Source: a virus | Reading direction: 5' to 3' (one strand) | IMG/VR virus record: IMGVR_UViG_3300042965_000128 | Coordinates: 7,234 to 71,233 of that record | DNA: 64,000 bases | Part shown: positions 44,225 to 54,696 of the stretch, in pieces | Layout of the letters: every line of letters starts with the position of its first letter | How positions within the stretch are numbered: position 1 is the first letter of the stretch | Program-made: the position numbers and the translations under genes | Notes under the pieces: model-generated | Database searches by the model: none | The model's input: the letters and a program-made list of their open reading frames with translations, nothing else | What the model was told of the DNA's origin: nothing

Positions 44225-46441
44225 GTGGCGATGGCTGAGATTGAGCAGAAAGATGTGATTGCTAACGTTAGAACGAACCTTGATGAGGTTTTTAAACGGA
44301 TGGAGGAGGAGCTGAAGAAGATCAGGGTGATGTCTGAGAAGGATGTCAAGGAGTTGGATCGTCGGGAGAGGTTTATTAAGGAAAGGTGGAGGTATTTGCG
44401 GTTGGAAGCGCGTACTTTGCAGGAAATTCTTGGTGTTTTGTATAAGCATGATAGGAGTTTGTTTACACAGGTGGATTGGTTGCGGATTATGCATGAGATT
44501 AGAGAGCGGTTACTGACTGTGAGTGGTAAGGATTATGCGATATTGGAGCGCACGATGCCTATTTTTGAGGAGATTACGAAGCAGTTAGGTGTTGCCTCGT
44601 ATGAAGCAGAGCGATTCACAAGGCAACTTATTTATTCAACTGGTCCCGTGAGGGAGGGTCTTCCGTGGTATATGCGTATAGGCAGGACTATAAGTAGTAT
44701 GGCTGAGGGCACGCACAGGTTAACTGCTGCTTCGAGGGTATATGTTACACAGACCGGTGAGGTGGTGGCTAAGCAGACGCTGAGTGCGTCGTTGTTACAG
44801 TCACTTGCGAGTGGTCTTCAGAATATGATCAGGTCGTTGACGAGGGGTTTGGCGTTGTGGGCGGCGATTGGTGTTGCGTTGTATGAGATTGTGCAGCGGT
44901 CGATCAAGTTTAATGGGGAGTTGAAGGCTATTCAAGCGGGTATGGGGTTGATTGATGAACGGTTCAGGCTCGGGAATACATATTTGGTGCAGTGGGTTAG
45001 GGTGGCGGAGACTATAACACGGTGGACAGGGAGGACGTTAGGTGAGGTGATGGAGTGGGTGGAGAATATTAAGTATTCGGGTATATTGTTGGGCACGTTG
45101 GGTAAGAATCTGGATTATGTGTATCATACGGCGACTGCTCTGGAGGCGGTGCAGAGGGCGTTTAATGTGAATTTGAGTGATGCAGCTTCGATAATACAGC
45201 GTTTGCAGTTGAGTTATGGTATGATAGGTGAGGCTGCGGTGGGTTTGGGAAAAAGGGAGGAAATGATTGTTTCACAGGCTACTAAGTTTTATTTGGGGCT
45301 TGTGAATGCGGCGGCACCGCTTGCGAAGTTGGGTATTCAGACCTCAAAGGTTGTTTCGGATATGGGAGAGTTGGTGGGATTGGCTGATGAGTATGATTTG
45401 AGTGTGCGTGATGTAACCACTTATTACTTGTCATTACTTGCGTTGAAGAAGGAGGATGTTGAGCGTAGTGGTGCTTTGAGGGATGTATCGCTTGAGACAT
45501 TGCGGAATTTTACGCAGATGGCGGCGAAGGCCACGAGTATGTCGTTGTCGTGGAAGGTTATGGTTGCTACGCTTGCGGGTGAGCGTTTCATGAATATAGT
45601 GGATCTTGAGAGGCGTTTTATGAATGTGGGTGAGGCGGCAAGTTTGATACAGCGGGCGGCGATGTTCCCTTTTAGGGTAGGTGTTCTCATGCGGATGGAT
45701 CCGCAGTGGCAGCGGGCGTTTGGTGAGCAGCTTCGTAAGGGTGATGAGCATGCTATGGCTATTTTGCGTGCCCTGTATTCATTATATGGTTCCTCCCTGG
45801 AGGGCATAGGTATCAATTTTGAGATGTTCAGGGCACTTGCTATTTCGAATTTGACTGGAAGGGAACTTACTGAGGCGCAGAAGGAGCAATTGAAGAGGAT
45901 TGAGGAACAGATGAAGTATGCGGAGCGTCCTGTGGAGCTTGGGATGGATATTCTGACGGAGACGAAGGGTATAAGTGCGTATTTGAATAAGCTGCTTGGT
46001 TGGGTAATCAGGGGAGTTATGTTTCTGGGTAGGCTTGCTGGTGTGGAGAAGGCAACGGAAAAAGTTGAAAGAGGGCTCAAGGCTGCTTCTTCGGAAATGG
46101 TGATCGCCTCTTCAGAAAGTGGAAAAGCTTTAGGGAGACGTCTTGAGAGCGTCATAGAGAGTATTGAGGGAACAGAGGAGCACATGTCTGATCTGGAAGT
46201 GCTCTGGGAGGAGTGGAGTAAGACGGAGAGGGAGAGGTGGATAAGTGAACAAAGGGCAAGGGTTGCGGGAATAGTCGAATCAGCAAGAAAAATTGGTGTA
46301 GAGATTAAGATGGAGGCAATAACGGATCCTTATTCGTTGAAAAGGATGTTGGAGGAGATCAAGAGAGAGCTTGAGAGGAAGATGGCTGCTGTAATGACGA
46401 GTGCGACTGCCACAACGGAAAGGGCCATTACTGGGAAGTGA
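44225..46441 (+). CDS. putative tape measure protein
   Basis: 738-aa mostly helical protein with a hydrophobic segment, after tube and chaperones. Confidence 0.65.
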   Translation: MAMAEIEQKDVIANVRTNLDEVFKRMEEELKKIRVMSEKDVKELDRRERFIKERWRYLRLEARTLQEILGVLYKHDRSLFTQVDWLRIMHEIRERLLTVSGKDYAILERTMPIFEEITKQLGVASYEAERFTRQLIYSTGPVREGLPWYMRIGRTISSMAEGTHRLTAASRVYVTQTGEVVAKQTLSASLLQSLASGLQNMIRSLTRGLALWAAIGVALYEIVQRSIKFNGELKAIQAGMGLIDERFRLGNTYLVQWVRVAETITRWTGRTLGEVMEWVENIKYSGILLGTLGKNLDYVYHTATALEAVQRAFNVNLSDAASIIQRLQLSYGMIGEAAVGLGKREEMIVSQATKFYLGLVNAAAPLAKLGIQTSKVVSDMGELVGLADEYDLSVRDVTTYYLSLLALKKEDVERSGALRDVSLETLRNFTQMAAKATSMSLSWKVMVATLAGERFMNIVDLERRFMNVGEAASLIQRAAMFPFRVGVLMRMDPQWQRAFGEQLRKGDEHAMAILRALYSLYGSSLEGIGINFEMFRALAISNLTGRELTEAQKEQLKRIEEQMKYAERPVELGMDILTETKGISAYLNKLLGWVIRGVMFLGRLAGVEKATEKVERGLKAASSEMVIASSESGKALGRRLESVIESIEGTEEHMSDLEVLWEEWSKTERERWISEQRARVAGIVESARKIGVEIKMEAITDPYSLKRMLEEIKRELERKMAAVMTSATATTERAITGK

Positions 46442-46444
46442 ACG

Positions 46445-47125
46445 ATGGCAGCTGGAGATTTAATGTTGATTAAGGTTTTGGACAAGCACGCGTTGGAGGA
46501 GGGTGGGACAATTGTTAAGCGGTTTGTGTTTTTGCCTGTTAATCCTTATGCGGTGTCTTTTTCAATACCGAAGGTTTATAGTGAGGTTAGGGTTTCTACA
46601 CCTTTGCGTATAGTGATTCAGGATTGGGGGACGGCTTTGATCGAGATAACTGTCAATGCGGTGACGGGGCGGATTTTGCCTTTTGCGAAGGCGTTTGAAA
46701 GGATTAAGAAGGAGTATCAGGACATAACTTATGAGGATTTGATTTCATTCGCTACTTCGGACGAGGTTGAACTCTTGATGGGTGAGGATGCTTTGTCGAG
46801 AGTTAAAACACTTGAAACGTATTTGTTGGCAGTGCCCACTACGGAGGATGAATTCAGGAAGAAGGTTGCGGGTGGAGATTTTTTGCGTTTTTCTCGTTTC
46901 AGATATCTTATGATGAAGCTTTTGGAGGACATATACATGCGATTTGATGCCAATGAGGATGTGATGGCATTGGAGTGGATGAAGGGTATTTATTATGGGG
47001 TTATGACTAATTTTGAATACAGAATTGCGGTTGAATCGCTGTGGAATATAAGGTATAGCTTTTCATTTAAGGCGTTTCCTTCGTTTTTTGAGTCTATCGA
47101 TGTGAAGGAGGGTGTGGTCGTATGA
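46445..47125 (+). CDS. baseplate tube-initiator-like protein, paralog 1
   Basis: FLPVNPY, DWG, TGRILPF, EWMK..Y.G, LWNI.YSF.FK. Confidence 0.6.
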   Translation: MAAGDLMLIKVLDKHALEEGGTIVKRFVFLPVNPYAVSFSIPKVYSEVRVSTPLRIVIQDWGTALIEITVNAVTGRILPFAKAFERIKKEYQDITYEDLISFATSDEVELLMGEDALSRVKTLETYLLAVPTTEDEFRKKVAGGDFLRFSRFRYLMMKLLEDIYMRFDANEDVMALEWMKGIYYGVMTNFEYRIAVESLWNIRYSFSFKAFPSFFESIDVKEGVVV

Positions 47126-47781
47126 GTGATAGGCTTTTTGTGAAGGTTTTTGATAGATGGTCCTTTGATAAGGGTATTGTGAAGGAGAAGGTGTTTTTGC
47201 CCATCAATCCTTATTCGGTTACATTCAGGACGGGAAGGGTTGTTAATGAGATGCAAACTACAAGGATGGGTAGGTTTGTGTTACTGGATTGGGGAGTTGA
47301 AATGACGGATATGACGATAGAGTCGCAAACGGGGAGGATTTTACCATTTAACGAGGTCTTCAAGGATATAGGTAGATTTGAGGATTTGACATACATAGAC
47401 CTTGTGTCTCATCCAATAATGAAATCTGAAAAGAGTTTGCCGTTGGATTTACCTCTTGAGAGGAGAGTTGAGGAATTGCTTAGCAGGCTTAGGGATGTTT
47501 CGGATGATTCGTCTGATATTGAGGAATTTTCAAAATATAGATATTTGTTGGTTAAAGCGTTGGAACATGTTTATAGGAATTTCAATGCAAATAATGAGAT
47601 TATGTGTATGGAGTGGATGAAGAGGAGGTATTTTGGGGTGATTGCGGAGTTTTCGTATGAAATATCGGTTCTGTCGCTGTGGAACATTAAGTTCTCTTTT
47701 AGGTTTAAGTGTTTTCCTCGTGTTTCATTGCTGGATAAGTTTTTGAATACATATAACGAAGAGGTTGTAAGGAGGCGGTGA
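47122..47781 (+). CDS. baseplate tube-initiator-like protein, paralog 2
   Basis: same motifs as the 46445 ORF. Confidence 0.6.
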   Translation: MSDRLFVKVFDRWSFDKGIVKEKVFLPINPYSVTFRTGRVVNEMQTTRMGRFVLLDWGVEMTDMTIESQTGRILPFNEVFKDIGRFEDLTYIDLVSHPIMKSEKSLPLDLPLERRVEELLSRLRDVSDDSSDIEEFSKYRYLLVKALEHVYRNFNANNEIMCMEWMKRRYFGVIAEFSYEISVLSLWNIKFSFRFKCFPRVSLLDKFLNTYNEEVVRRR

Positions 47782-49682
47782 TGCGGATTAGAGTAGGAGA
47801 TCTGGAGCTTGAATATAAGGCACCATTGCCACATTTTAGACCTGATTTTTTAATTGTGTTGCCCTCTTCGGTTGATATTTTTAGGGGAAGGGAGGAGTGG
47901 AGTGATTATTTTGGGGTGTTGGAAGGTGAAATGAAGAAGTGTATCAGATTACTTTCGCCGGATGTTATTTCATCGGATGTTGAGGATTTATTGAAGGAGA
48001 AGGGGGTCGATGTGTTTTTGGTTTTGCTTAACTCCTTTGTTTCGTCCGTGACTGTTACGAGGTCGAGAGAAGAGGGTACAGCGCATATAAATTTGGAGTT
48101 TCCCAATTATGCGGAGCCGCTGTTTGATAGTGTGAAGCGGGTCCTTGATCAGCCTCTCTCTTCGATGGTTCCATTGCGGATTTATATGAGGGGGAGATTC
48201 GTGAACAGGATGTATCCTGTTTTTACGGGTTATATCACGCATACATCGTATTCTAATAAGGGTGGATATTGGAGTATAACGGTGGATTGCACGGATACAT
48301 TAAAATTGCTTTCTATAAACCCGATTAATGTTAATCCTGGGATAGCGGAACGAAGGATTTTTGGGAGGGTTTTTGAGATTGAGGAAGAGAGAAAGGAGAT
48401 AGGTTTTAAGTTTTCTGCGTGGGCATTTCCCTTTACGAATTTGACACTTGAGGAAACGATAAAATATCTTATTGAGGGGACCGCTGGGAAGGGAATAGAG
48501 AAGGAGGTGGGTAGGATAGCTATTGATGGGATTGGAACGCTTGAGATGTGGTGGAACCCTATTTTGGAAACGGATGAGGAGAAGTCGAGTAAGAAGGTTC
48601 CTAAACCCCTCAAATATGAGATAAGTCCTTATTCGTTTTTTAAACCTAAGGTTAAGATATGCACGCAATATCATATAACTCCTTATAAGTATATGGATCT
48701 GGCTACTCGCCAGATGTTCTCTTCTGAGATGGTATCGAGATTGGATGTGATAAGGGAGATAACTGAGCGGACATTCCATGAATTTTTTGCTGATGAGGTT
48801 GGAGATTTTGTTTTGATACCTATGCGATTGAATTATCAGTTTTTGAAGGGTGATTTTGTCGATAAGAGTGGTTTGGCGCGTTTTCCTTCAAGGGCGGATG
48901 TGGATGATGGGACTTATATTTTGATGGATGATGAGTTGTTAAATTTGAATGTATCGTTCTCGGATAAGGAAGTTTACACTGCGGTTGATGTTTATGGTGA
49001 GTATCCATTTGCTACTGGTTCGAATGAGTATGTGGAGTGGGCGATGCGTGGATTTGCGCAGGATCCTTTTCTTTTGCGGCGTTTGGGTTTGCGCTGGTTG
49101 AGGCAGAAGATACCATTGATTAATAATTTGGACCTTCTTTTGCAGAATGATAAAAAAATGTTGGAGAATTTACAGAAGCAGCGGGATGACCTCATGGAAA
49201 TGCTGCAGAAGGAGGGTGATCCAAAAAAGAGGGAGGAAATCGAAAATAAGTTGAGGTTAATTGAGGAATTGGTTAATAGCAGTTTGAATGTGAGGAAGAA
49301 AAGTGGAGGTGATATACAGGCTCTGTTAAATAGTTTTGCGGATGCGTGGATGAGATTTATTAATAGCAAGGCTTATTCGGGGTCTGCTTCTTTGATTTTG
49401 CGTCCTGAGATGGTGCCTGCTAAACCTGTTTATATACCTGATAGGAAGGAAATTTTTTATATTGATTCAGTGACGCATACGATAAGTGTAGGTGGGAATG
49501 CCACCACGGAGTTATCTTTAATATTCGGGAGAAAGGTGGATGAAACAGTAGATTTTATGGATGATCTTATGAAGCTTCATAGCCCTGAAAAGATACCAGA
49601 GTCAATATGGAAGAATATTGCTACGGTGGCTAAGGAATATGGAAAGAAGAAGGAAGAGGAAGCGAAGAAGAGGGTTAAATGA
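47778..49682 (+). CDS. baseplate hub protein (gp27/P2 gpD-like)
   Basis: PVFTGYI, C.D.LK.L, EFFADE.G, LRPEM, FYIDSVTH. Confidence 0.7.
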   Translation: MMRIRVGDLELEYKAPLPHFRPDFLIVLPSSVDIFRGREEWSDYFGVLEGEMKKCIRLLSPDVISSDVEDLLKEKGVDVFLVLLNSFVSSVTVTRSREEGTAHINLEFPNYAEPLFDSVKRVLDQPLSSMVPLRIYMRGRFVNRMYPVFTGYITHTSYSNKGGYWSITVDCTDTLKLLSINPINVNPGIAERRIFGRVFEIEEERKEIGFKFSAWAFPFTNLTLEETIKYLIEGTAGKGIEKEVGRIAIDGIGTLEMWWNPILETDEEKSSKKVPKPLKYEISPYSFFKPKVKICTQYHITPYKYMDLATRQMFSSEMVSRLDVIREITERTFHEFFADEVGDFVLIPMRLNYQFLKGDFVDKSGLARFPSRADVDDGTYILMDDELLNLNVSFSDKEVYTAVDVYGEYPFATGSNEYVEWAMRGFAQDPFLLRRLGLRWLRQKIPLINNLDLLLQNDKKMLENLQKQRDDLMEMLQKEGDPKKREEIENKLRLIEELVNSSLNVRKKSGGDIQALLNSFADAWMRFINSKAYSGSASLILRPEMVPAKPVYIPDRKEIFYIDSVTHTISVGGNATTELSLIFGRKVDETVDFMDDLMKLHSPEKIPESIWKNIATVAKEYGKKKEEEAKKRVK

Positions 49683-50623
49683 GGTTGGATATTTTGAAAA
49701 TAAAGCGTGTAGACGTTGAAAAGCTTGTGATGGAGGGTGAATCTTTGAGCACGGGGACATATTACAGGAATATTTTTATAACGTCGCCTTCCGGTACGCT
49801 TTTTGTTCCGAAGCCTTTTGACCCTGAGGGTATGCAGAAGCTAGGTGAGGGTCAACTGGCTGTGGTGTTGTTTGACGATAATGAGCGACCATTCTGTGTG
49901 GGGTATGTGGAGATTAATTTTCCACAGAAGCTCGCTGAGTATTTGGAGCGTAAGGTTCAGCCTGGAGAGCAATTGATTAAGAATCCAGCCGGGCAGGAGC
50001 TATATTTTGACAGGCTTGGTAGTATCAAATTGATACGGAATAGGGATGGTTTTGAGTATGATGCTGGTGAGCGTAAGTTAAGTTTTATGGGGCAGTTGTG
50101 TAGTTTTGTTATTCAGGGATTTGAGATGGTGTTTGGATTGGTGCGGCGTGGTATGATAGGTTTGATAGAGTTAGGAGATCTTGCGCATGAATTTGTTTTG
50201 CGTATTACGCGAAAGTTAACGGGTTTGAGGGTGGTTGAACTTTCGCTTGGTGATTTGTTTGATGAGTTAGGTATTCCGATTTTGGGTTTGAGGTCTCGTG
50301 CGAGGGCATTGTTGAAGGTTTTTAATGATGCTGGTATATCGGTTTCGGAAATATCTATTGATTCGCTTGGAAATATAAAATTTAAGTTTAGTGAGGTTGG
50401 TGGAGAATTCATGAATGCGGAGTTGCAGGGTTTAAAGGCGGAATTGAAGGTGATGGAGTTTGACATAGGGCAAACGCCTAAAAAGGAGAAGGTTCTTTTA
50501 GGTGAGACTTTTTATAACCTTTTTGTGAACCATGTTCATTCTACGCCCATGGGGCCGTCGTCTCCGCCGACTGTGGTATTGCCGAATGAAGTGGTATTGT
50601 CAAAGACAACTAAAACCGATTAA
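49679..50623 (+). CDS. baseplate central spike (gpV-like)
   Basis: C-terminal NHVH.TPMGPSSPP metal-binding tip motif. Confidence 0.7.
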   Translation: MRLDILKIKRVDVEKLVMEGESLSTGTYYRNIFITSPSGTLFVPKPFDPEGMQKLGEGQLAVVLFDDNERPFCVGYVEINFPQKLAEYLERKVQPGEQLIKNPAGQELYFDRLGSIKLIRNRDGFEYDAGERKLSFMGQLCSFVIQGFEMVFGLVRRGMIGLIELGDLAHEFVLRITRKLTGLRVVELSLGDLFDELGIPILGLRSRARALLKVFNDAGISVSEISIDSLGNIKFKFSEVGGEFMNAELQGLKAELKVMEFDIGQTPKKEKVLLGETFYNLFVNHVHSTPMGPSSPPTVVLPNEVVLSKTTKTD

Positions 50624-50633
50624 GGAGGAGGAG

Positions 50634-50894
50634 ATGTTGAGTAAGGATGGTTTAAAGGCGGTTTTGCTTGAGAAGCTTGAGTCGATGGGTTTTCCACGAA
50701 CGTATGAGGTGCAGGGTAAGGTTCAGGATACTGGTTTGGAGAAGTTGTGTGATGCTATTGCTTCTGCGGTTGTGGAGTATATAACGGCGAATGCGGAGGT
50801 TCATATTCCTACCGGGACGGTTGTGGTTTCGGTGTCTGGGACTGGTGTTGTTTATACGGTGAATCCTGCTGATATTGTTTTGAAGGTGGTGTGA
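50634..50894 (+). CDS. small spike-associated protein
   Basis: start moved to ATG 50634 after AAGGAGGAGG; AIASAVVEYI..NAEV. Confidence 0.55.
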   Translation: MLSKDGLKAVLLEKLESMGFPRTYEVQGKVQDTGLEKLCDAIASAVVEYITANAEVHIPTGTVVVSVSGTGVVYTVNPADIVLKVV

Positions 50895-50895
50895 A

Positions 50896-51543
50896 ATGCC
50901 TGAGATCTGGATGCCGGGGAAGCCTGTATTGCCGACGAAGGAATTTAGGGTCAGGTTACCTGATGGTAAGGAGGCTGTATTTGCGGGTGCAGAGTGTTTG
51001 GCTGACTGGATTGCTTATGTTCTTTGTAGGGCGTTTGGTAAGGATGTTGTTCCTATAACTTATCGGTCGCTTGATGTTTTGGAAAAGGTGATGATGGCTT
51101 ATTATGCGTCGGGAAATATAACCGCTATAGTGACTGCGCTTGGTGCAATACCCGGGCTGGAGATGCTGGAGCGGTATTATAATTTAGTGCTGGAATATGA
51201 GCGTATGGCATTGAATATTTATGGGTCTTATGTGAAGTTATTGCAGAGTGCGGTTGAAGATTTTGTTCAGGTGGTAACGGGGAAATGGCCAGAATTTTTG
51301 AAGGAGAATCCGTGGGTGATACAGTGTTCTGGTGTGCAGATGATATTTGAGTTGATAGAGGTGTGGACAAACTGGTTGGTGAGTTATGTTGAGGGCTGGG
51401 TTTTTACATATAAGCGTGCGTTGAGGTGGTTGGAGCAGCTGGGGGTGCCCTCTATTGTGAATCATCGTTATTTCACGACGGCGTTGATGGCAATTCGGTA
51501 TGCGAAAGCGGTTTTACAGCAGGTTTGTCCTGATAAAATATAG
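50896..51543 (+). CDS. hypothetical baseplate-region protein
   Basis: packed ORF. Confidence 0.6.
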   Translation: MPEIWMPGKPVLPTKEFRVRLPDGKEAVFAGAECLADWIAYVLCRAFGKDVVPITYRSLDVLEKVMMAYYASGNITAIVTALGAIPGLEMLERYYNLVLEYERMALNIYGSYVKLLQSAVEDFVQVVTGKWPEFLKENPWVIQCSGVQMIFELIEVWTNWLVSYVEGWVFTYKRALRWLEQLGVPSIVNHRYFTTALMAIRYAKAVLQQVCPDKI

Positions 51544-51546
51544 GGT

Positions 51547-52245
51547 GTGGTGATGGATATAGTGGGTTTGAATGATGTGCGTGTGACGCGTTCGGCACAG
51601 GGTTATGACCTCGTTTTGGATGCGAGTGGGCGATTGGGCATTGTTAGAGGGGCGGATAAGCTGATTGTGCAGGTGTTACGTGCAATTTATAATAGTGAGG
51701 TATTAGGTGCGGTTATAAACATGCCTGTGGATTACTTTAGGCGTGACATATTTTATGAAGCGCTTGAGCGGTTGCGTCGTGTGCAGGTTTTGAAAACGCA
51801 TGATGAGGAGCCTGACATTAAGGGTTTTAATGTGTATGTATCGGAGGATGGTGTATCTTTCAGGAGATTGAATTTGGTGCCGCTTCTCGATGAGTTTGTT
51901 TTTGAGGTGGAGAATGAGATTGAGTTGTTTTTCAGGATAGAGGTTGAGTTTAGGGATGGGAGTGCTTCTTTTTATACAGCGATTAAGGCGAGGGCTACTG
52001 AAGATTATAGGAGGCAACGGATGGTTATAACTGACAGGTGGGTTATGCGTGAAGGTAATGGTTTAATTCTGTTTAGGTTTAAGCAGAAACGGTTTTTTGT
52101 TGCGGATGAGTTGATGCAGGCGGTTGAGTCTATAGTGGTGGGTGGTGGTGATGACCCTCGTGCTCTGAATGTTGTGGTGAAGATTCGTTCCTTGGGGCAT
52201 TCGTTACCACAGATTTCGTTGGAATTACAGCGGTTATTACCTTAG
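51547..52245 (+). CDS. baseplate wedge/sheath initiator (gp25-like) with an insertion
   Basis: DLVLD.SG.L..VRG.DKL..QV and C-terminal DPR.L.V.V.I. Confidence 0.55.
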   Translation: MVMDIVGLNDVRVTRSAQGYDLVLDASGRLGIVRGADKLIVQVLRAIYNSEVLGAVINMPVDYFRRDIFYEALERLRRVQVLKTHDEEPDIKGFNVYVSEDGVSFRRLNLVPLLDEFVFEVENEIELFFRIEVEFRDGSASFYTAIKARATEDYRRQRMVITDRWVMREGNGLILFRFKQKRFFVADELMQAVESIVVGGGDDPRALNVVVKIRSLGHSLPQISLELQRLLP

Positions 52246-52259
52246 TGAGGAGGTGAGGT

Positions 52260-53645
52260 ATGGAGATAAGGACGCTTGAGAGCATATTGAGTGATTTGAG
52301 GAGGTTGGCGAGGATTTATTATCCCGAGTTTGATACTGGTGAGGGTGCGGTTCTCAATGATTTGCTTTTCAGGATTCATGCTTATGCCGGGCAATTGTTT
52401 CTTGCAGAGATGTCTAAGATTTTGGCACAGATGATGGTAAGTGAGCTGGAAGGCGGTGCGCTGGATGAGGAGGCGCAGAAGTATGGGTTGGAGCGTAAGC
52501 CTGGATTGAAGGCGAAGGGTAAGGTTGTTTTTTACGCTTATGCTCCTCCGCCACCTGCGGGTGTGCGTATTCCTGCGGGGACACGGGTTTCAACGCGGTT
52601 CGGGGTTGGTCAATACTCGTTTGTGACCACGCGGGAGGAAATTTTGATGCCGAGTGATTATGTTATGGATAGGAGGAGGTATGAGGTGGAGGTTCCGGTT
52701 GAAGCGGTTGAGGAAGGCAGAGATTATAATGTTGGTGTTGGTATGATAAGGACTATTGATGTTCCGGTTGCGGGTATTGATGGTGTTGTTAATTTTGAGC
52801 CTGTTGTGGGAGGCACGGATGCTGAGGATGATGCTGAGTTCAGAGATAGGTTATTGCGGCGTATTCTCGGCAGGAATTTTGGTTCAGTCATAACTTATGA
52901 GAGTTTGATTAAGGATAATTTTGATGTGCAGGATGTTCGTGTTTTAGGTCCTGGTCATGAATTTTTCAGGTTAACTGGTCCGGATGCGGTTGTAATTTTT
53001 GAGGAGACGGCTGCGTATTCGGAGAATTTTGTTTATAATCAGGCGCTGAATCCTGAGAGGAGGTTTTATTTGCAGAATCAGCCTGTTGTTGAGGTTGTGA
53101 GGGTTTTGGTGAATGGTGAGCCTATAGATGATTATGTTTTGGTGAAGGATATGGGTAGCACAAGGGATTCAATCTTTGCGAGGGATTATGTGCAGGTTAC
53201 ACGGGCGCTCAGTGATGGGGATGCTGTTTCAATCATCTATAATGGTTCGCTTATAGGACGGATACAGGAATTTCTGGATAAGGATGATGTGCGTGTTCCT
53301 GCTCTGAATTTGTGGGTGCGGTTGGGAAGAAGATATAATGTGAATTTACGACTCCGTGTATCTTTTAAAAAGGGTTTTGATGTGGTGTCGGAGCGTATTA
53401 AAATAAGGGAAGCGTTGAGTTTAATGATGTTGACCTATGATCTTGGTGAGCATATTGATAAGTCGGATGTGGTATCGTGTGTGCAGAAGGGTTTTGCGGA
53501 TGTTGTTATTAGTTCGGTGGATTGGGTTAAGGTAGAGTGGTGGGAGGGCAGGAGTTTGTATGATGAGGTTCTTGTTGAGGAGAATGAGCGGTTGATAGTT
53601 CCCTTTAATGGGTATGTGCGGTTGGGTAATATTGTATTCTTATGA
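52260..53645 (+). CDS. baseplate J-like wedge protein
   Basis: LD..A..YGLERK...A.G.V, IPAGT.V, VEAVE.G..YNV, GG.DAEDD.EFR.R. Confidence 0.9.
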   Translation: MEIRTLESILSDLRRLARIYYPEFDTGEGAVLNDLLFRIHAYAGQLFLAEMSKILAQMMVSELEGGALDEEAQKYGLERKPGLKAKGKVVFYAYAPPPPAGVRIPAGTRVSTRFGVGQYSFVTTREEILMPSDYVMDRRRYEVEVPVEAVEEGRDYNVGVGMIRTIDVPVAGIDGVVNFEPVVGGTDAEDDAEFRDRLLRRILGRNFGSVITYESLIKDNFDVQDVRVLGPGHEFFRLTGPDAVVIFEETAAYSENFVYNQALNPERRFYLQNQPVVEVVRVLVNGEPIDDYVLVKDMGSTRDSIFARDYVQVTRALSDGDAVSIIYNGSLIGRIQEFLDKDDVRVPALNLWVRLGRRYNVNLRLRVSFKKGFDVVSERIKIREALSLMMLTYDLGEHIDKSDVVSCVQKGFADVVISSVDWVKVEWWEGRSLYDEVLVEENERLIVPFNGYVRLGNIVFL

Positions 53646-53655
53646 GGGATGAGTT

Positions 53656-54693
53656 ATGGCGGATTTAGATATTAAGGAGGCGCTTGATAAGGTTTTTTGG
53701 GATTTGAGTGAAGGCACGGTGGTGTCGCGTGTTTTGGATCTTTTGCAGAAGGGTGTGTATGCACCTATTTATGATGACATTTCACGTTTGTATAGGATGT
53801 GGTTTCCTCACAAGGCGGAGGATCTCGCAGTTTTTGGAGGCATGTTTAATGTTGCGAATAGGACCGCTGCGTTTAGTGATTTATTCAGAAGTTTTGAGGT
53901 TTATAGGATGAAGGTGCTGGGTTTATGGCTTGCTTCGGTTCATGCGCCGACTTTGCGGGGATTGAATTTTATAGGTGGTGCTTTTACAGCGCAACCGATT
54001 TTTGTTGAGCGTATTGAGGATGTGTTTGAGGCGGCGTGGTGGTTAGGTGTTTATGAAAATGATATGCCTAAGGGTTCGTTTTTAGATGGTACGGTTGTGG
54101 GGGTTGAGCCATGGTATTTGGATCCGATTTATAAGGAGCCTCGCACCTGGCTTCGTTCGGTGTTTGATATGTCTACATGTTTTGTGATTGAGGTTTTTGG
54201 TGATAAGGCGAGTGGTGATTTGATATGGAATGATGAGGAGAGGGAGGAATTTGAGTATTGGCTTAGGCGATTTTTGCCGCCGGTTAAGGTTTATGTCAAG
54301 TATTTTGAAAATAGAGAGCCTAATTTGCCTAATAGATACTATCTGTGGGGACTGGGTTATGGTGGATCGTTTGCTTTGCATAATATGGAGAGGGTTGCTG
54401 ATATTTTTTATGTGCTTACTGGTGATGCGGTTCGTGAGGGAAGTGCGAGTTTAGAGACGGAGTTTAGGGATGTGGAGGATGGGGTGTATGTTTTTTCGAT
54501 TTTTGATTTTATTTTGTCGGATGTGATGGAGCGACGTATTTTTTATGATACGGGTAGTGGATGGGTGGAGGTGAAACCTTTTGGTATGATTGTGGTTTCG
54601 AATGGTCAGGTGCGTTTTAAGGTGGAGGTTAGTAAAATTTCAAGTATTGAGAATTATAGATTTATATCAATGATGGTTAAAGCGAAAGGATAG
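53656..54693 (+). CDS. putative baseplate wedge (gpI-like) protein
   Basis: position between baseplate J and the fibre gene. Confidence 0.5.
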   Translation: MADLDIKEALDKVFWDLSEGTVVSRVLDLLQKGVYAPIYDDISRLYRMWFPHKAEDLAVFGGMFNVANRTAAFSDLFRSFEVYRMKVLGLWLASVHAPTLRGLNFIGGAFTAQPIFVERIEDVFEAAWWLGVYENDMPKGSFLDGTVVGVEPWYLDPIYKEPRTWLRSVFDMSTCFVIEVFGDKASGDLIWNDEEREEFEYWLRRFLPPVKVYVKYFENREPNLPNRYYLWGLGYGGSFALHNMERVADIFYVLTGDAVREGSASLETEFRDVEDGVYVFSIFDFILSDVMERRIFYDTGSGWVEVKPFGMIVVSNGQVRFKVEVSKISSIENYRFISMMVKAKG

Positions 54694-54696
54694 GAG

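Noticed and set aside
41148-54693. Stand-alone contractile injection system (eCIS or tailocin)
   Set aside because: Linked capsid, protease, neck and DNA metabolism genes show this is a phage.
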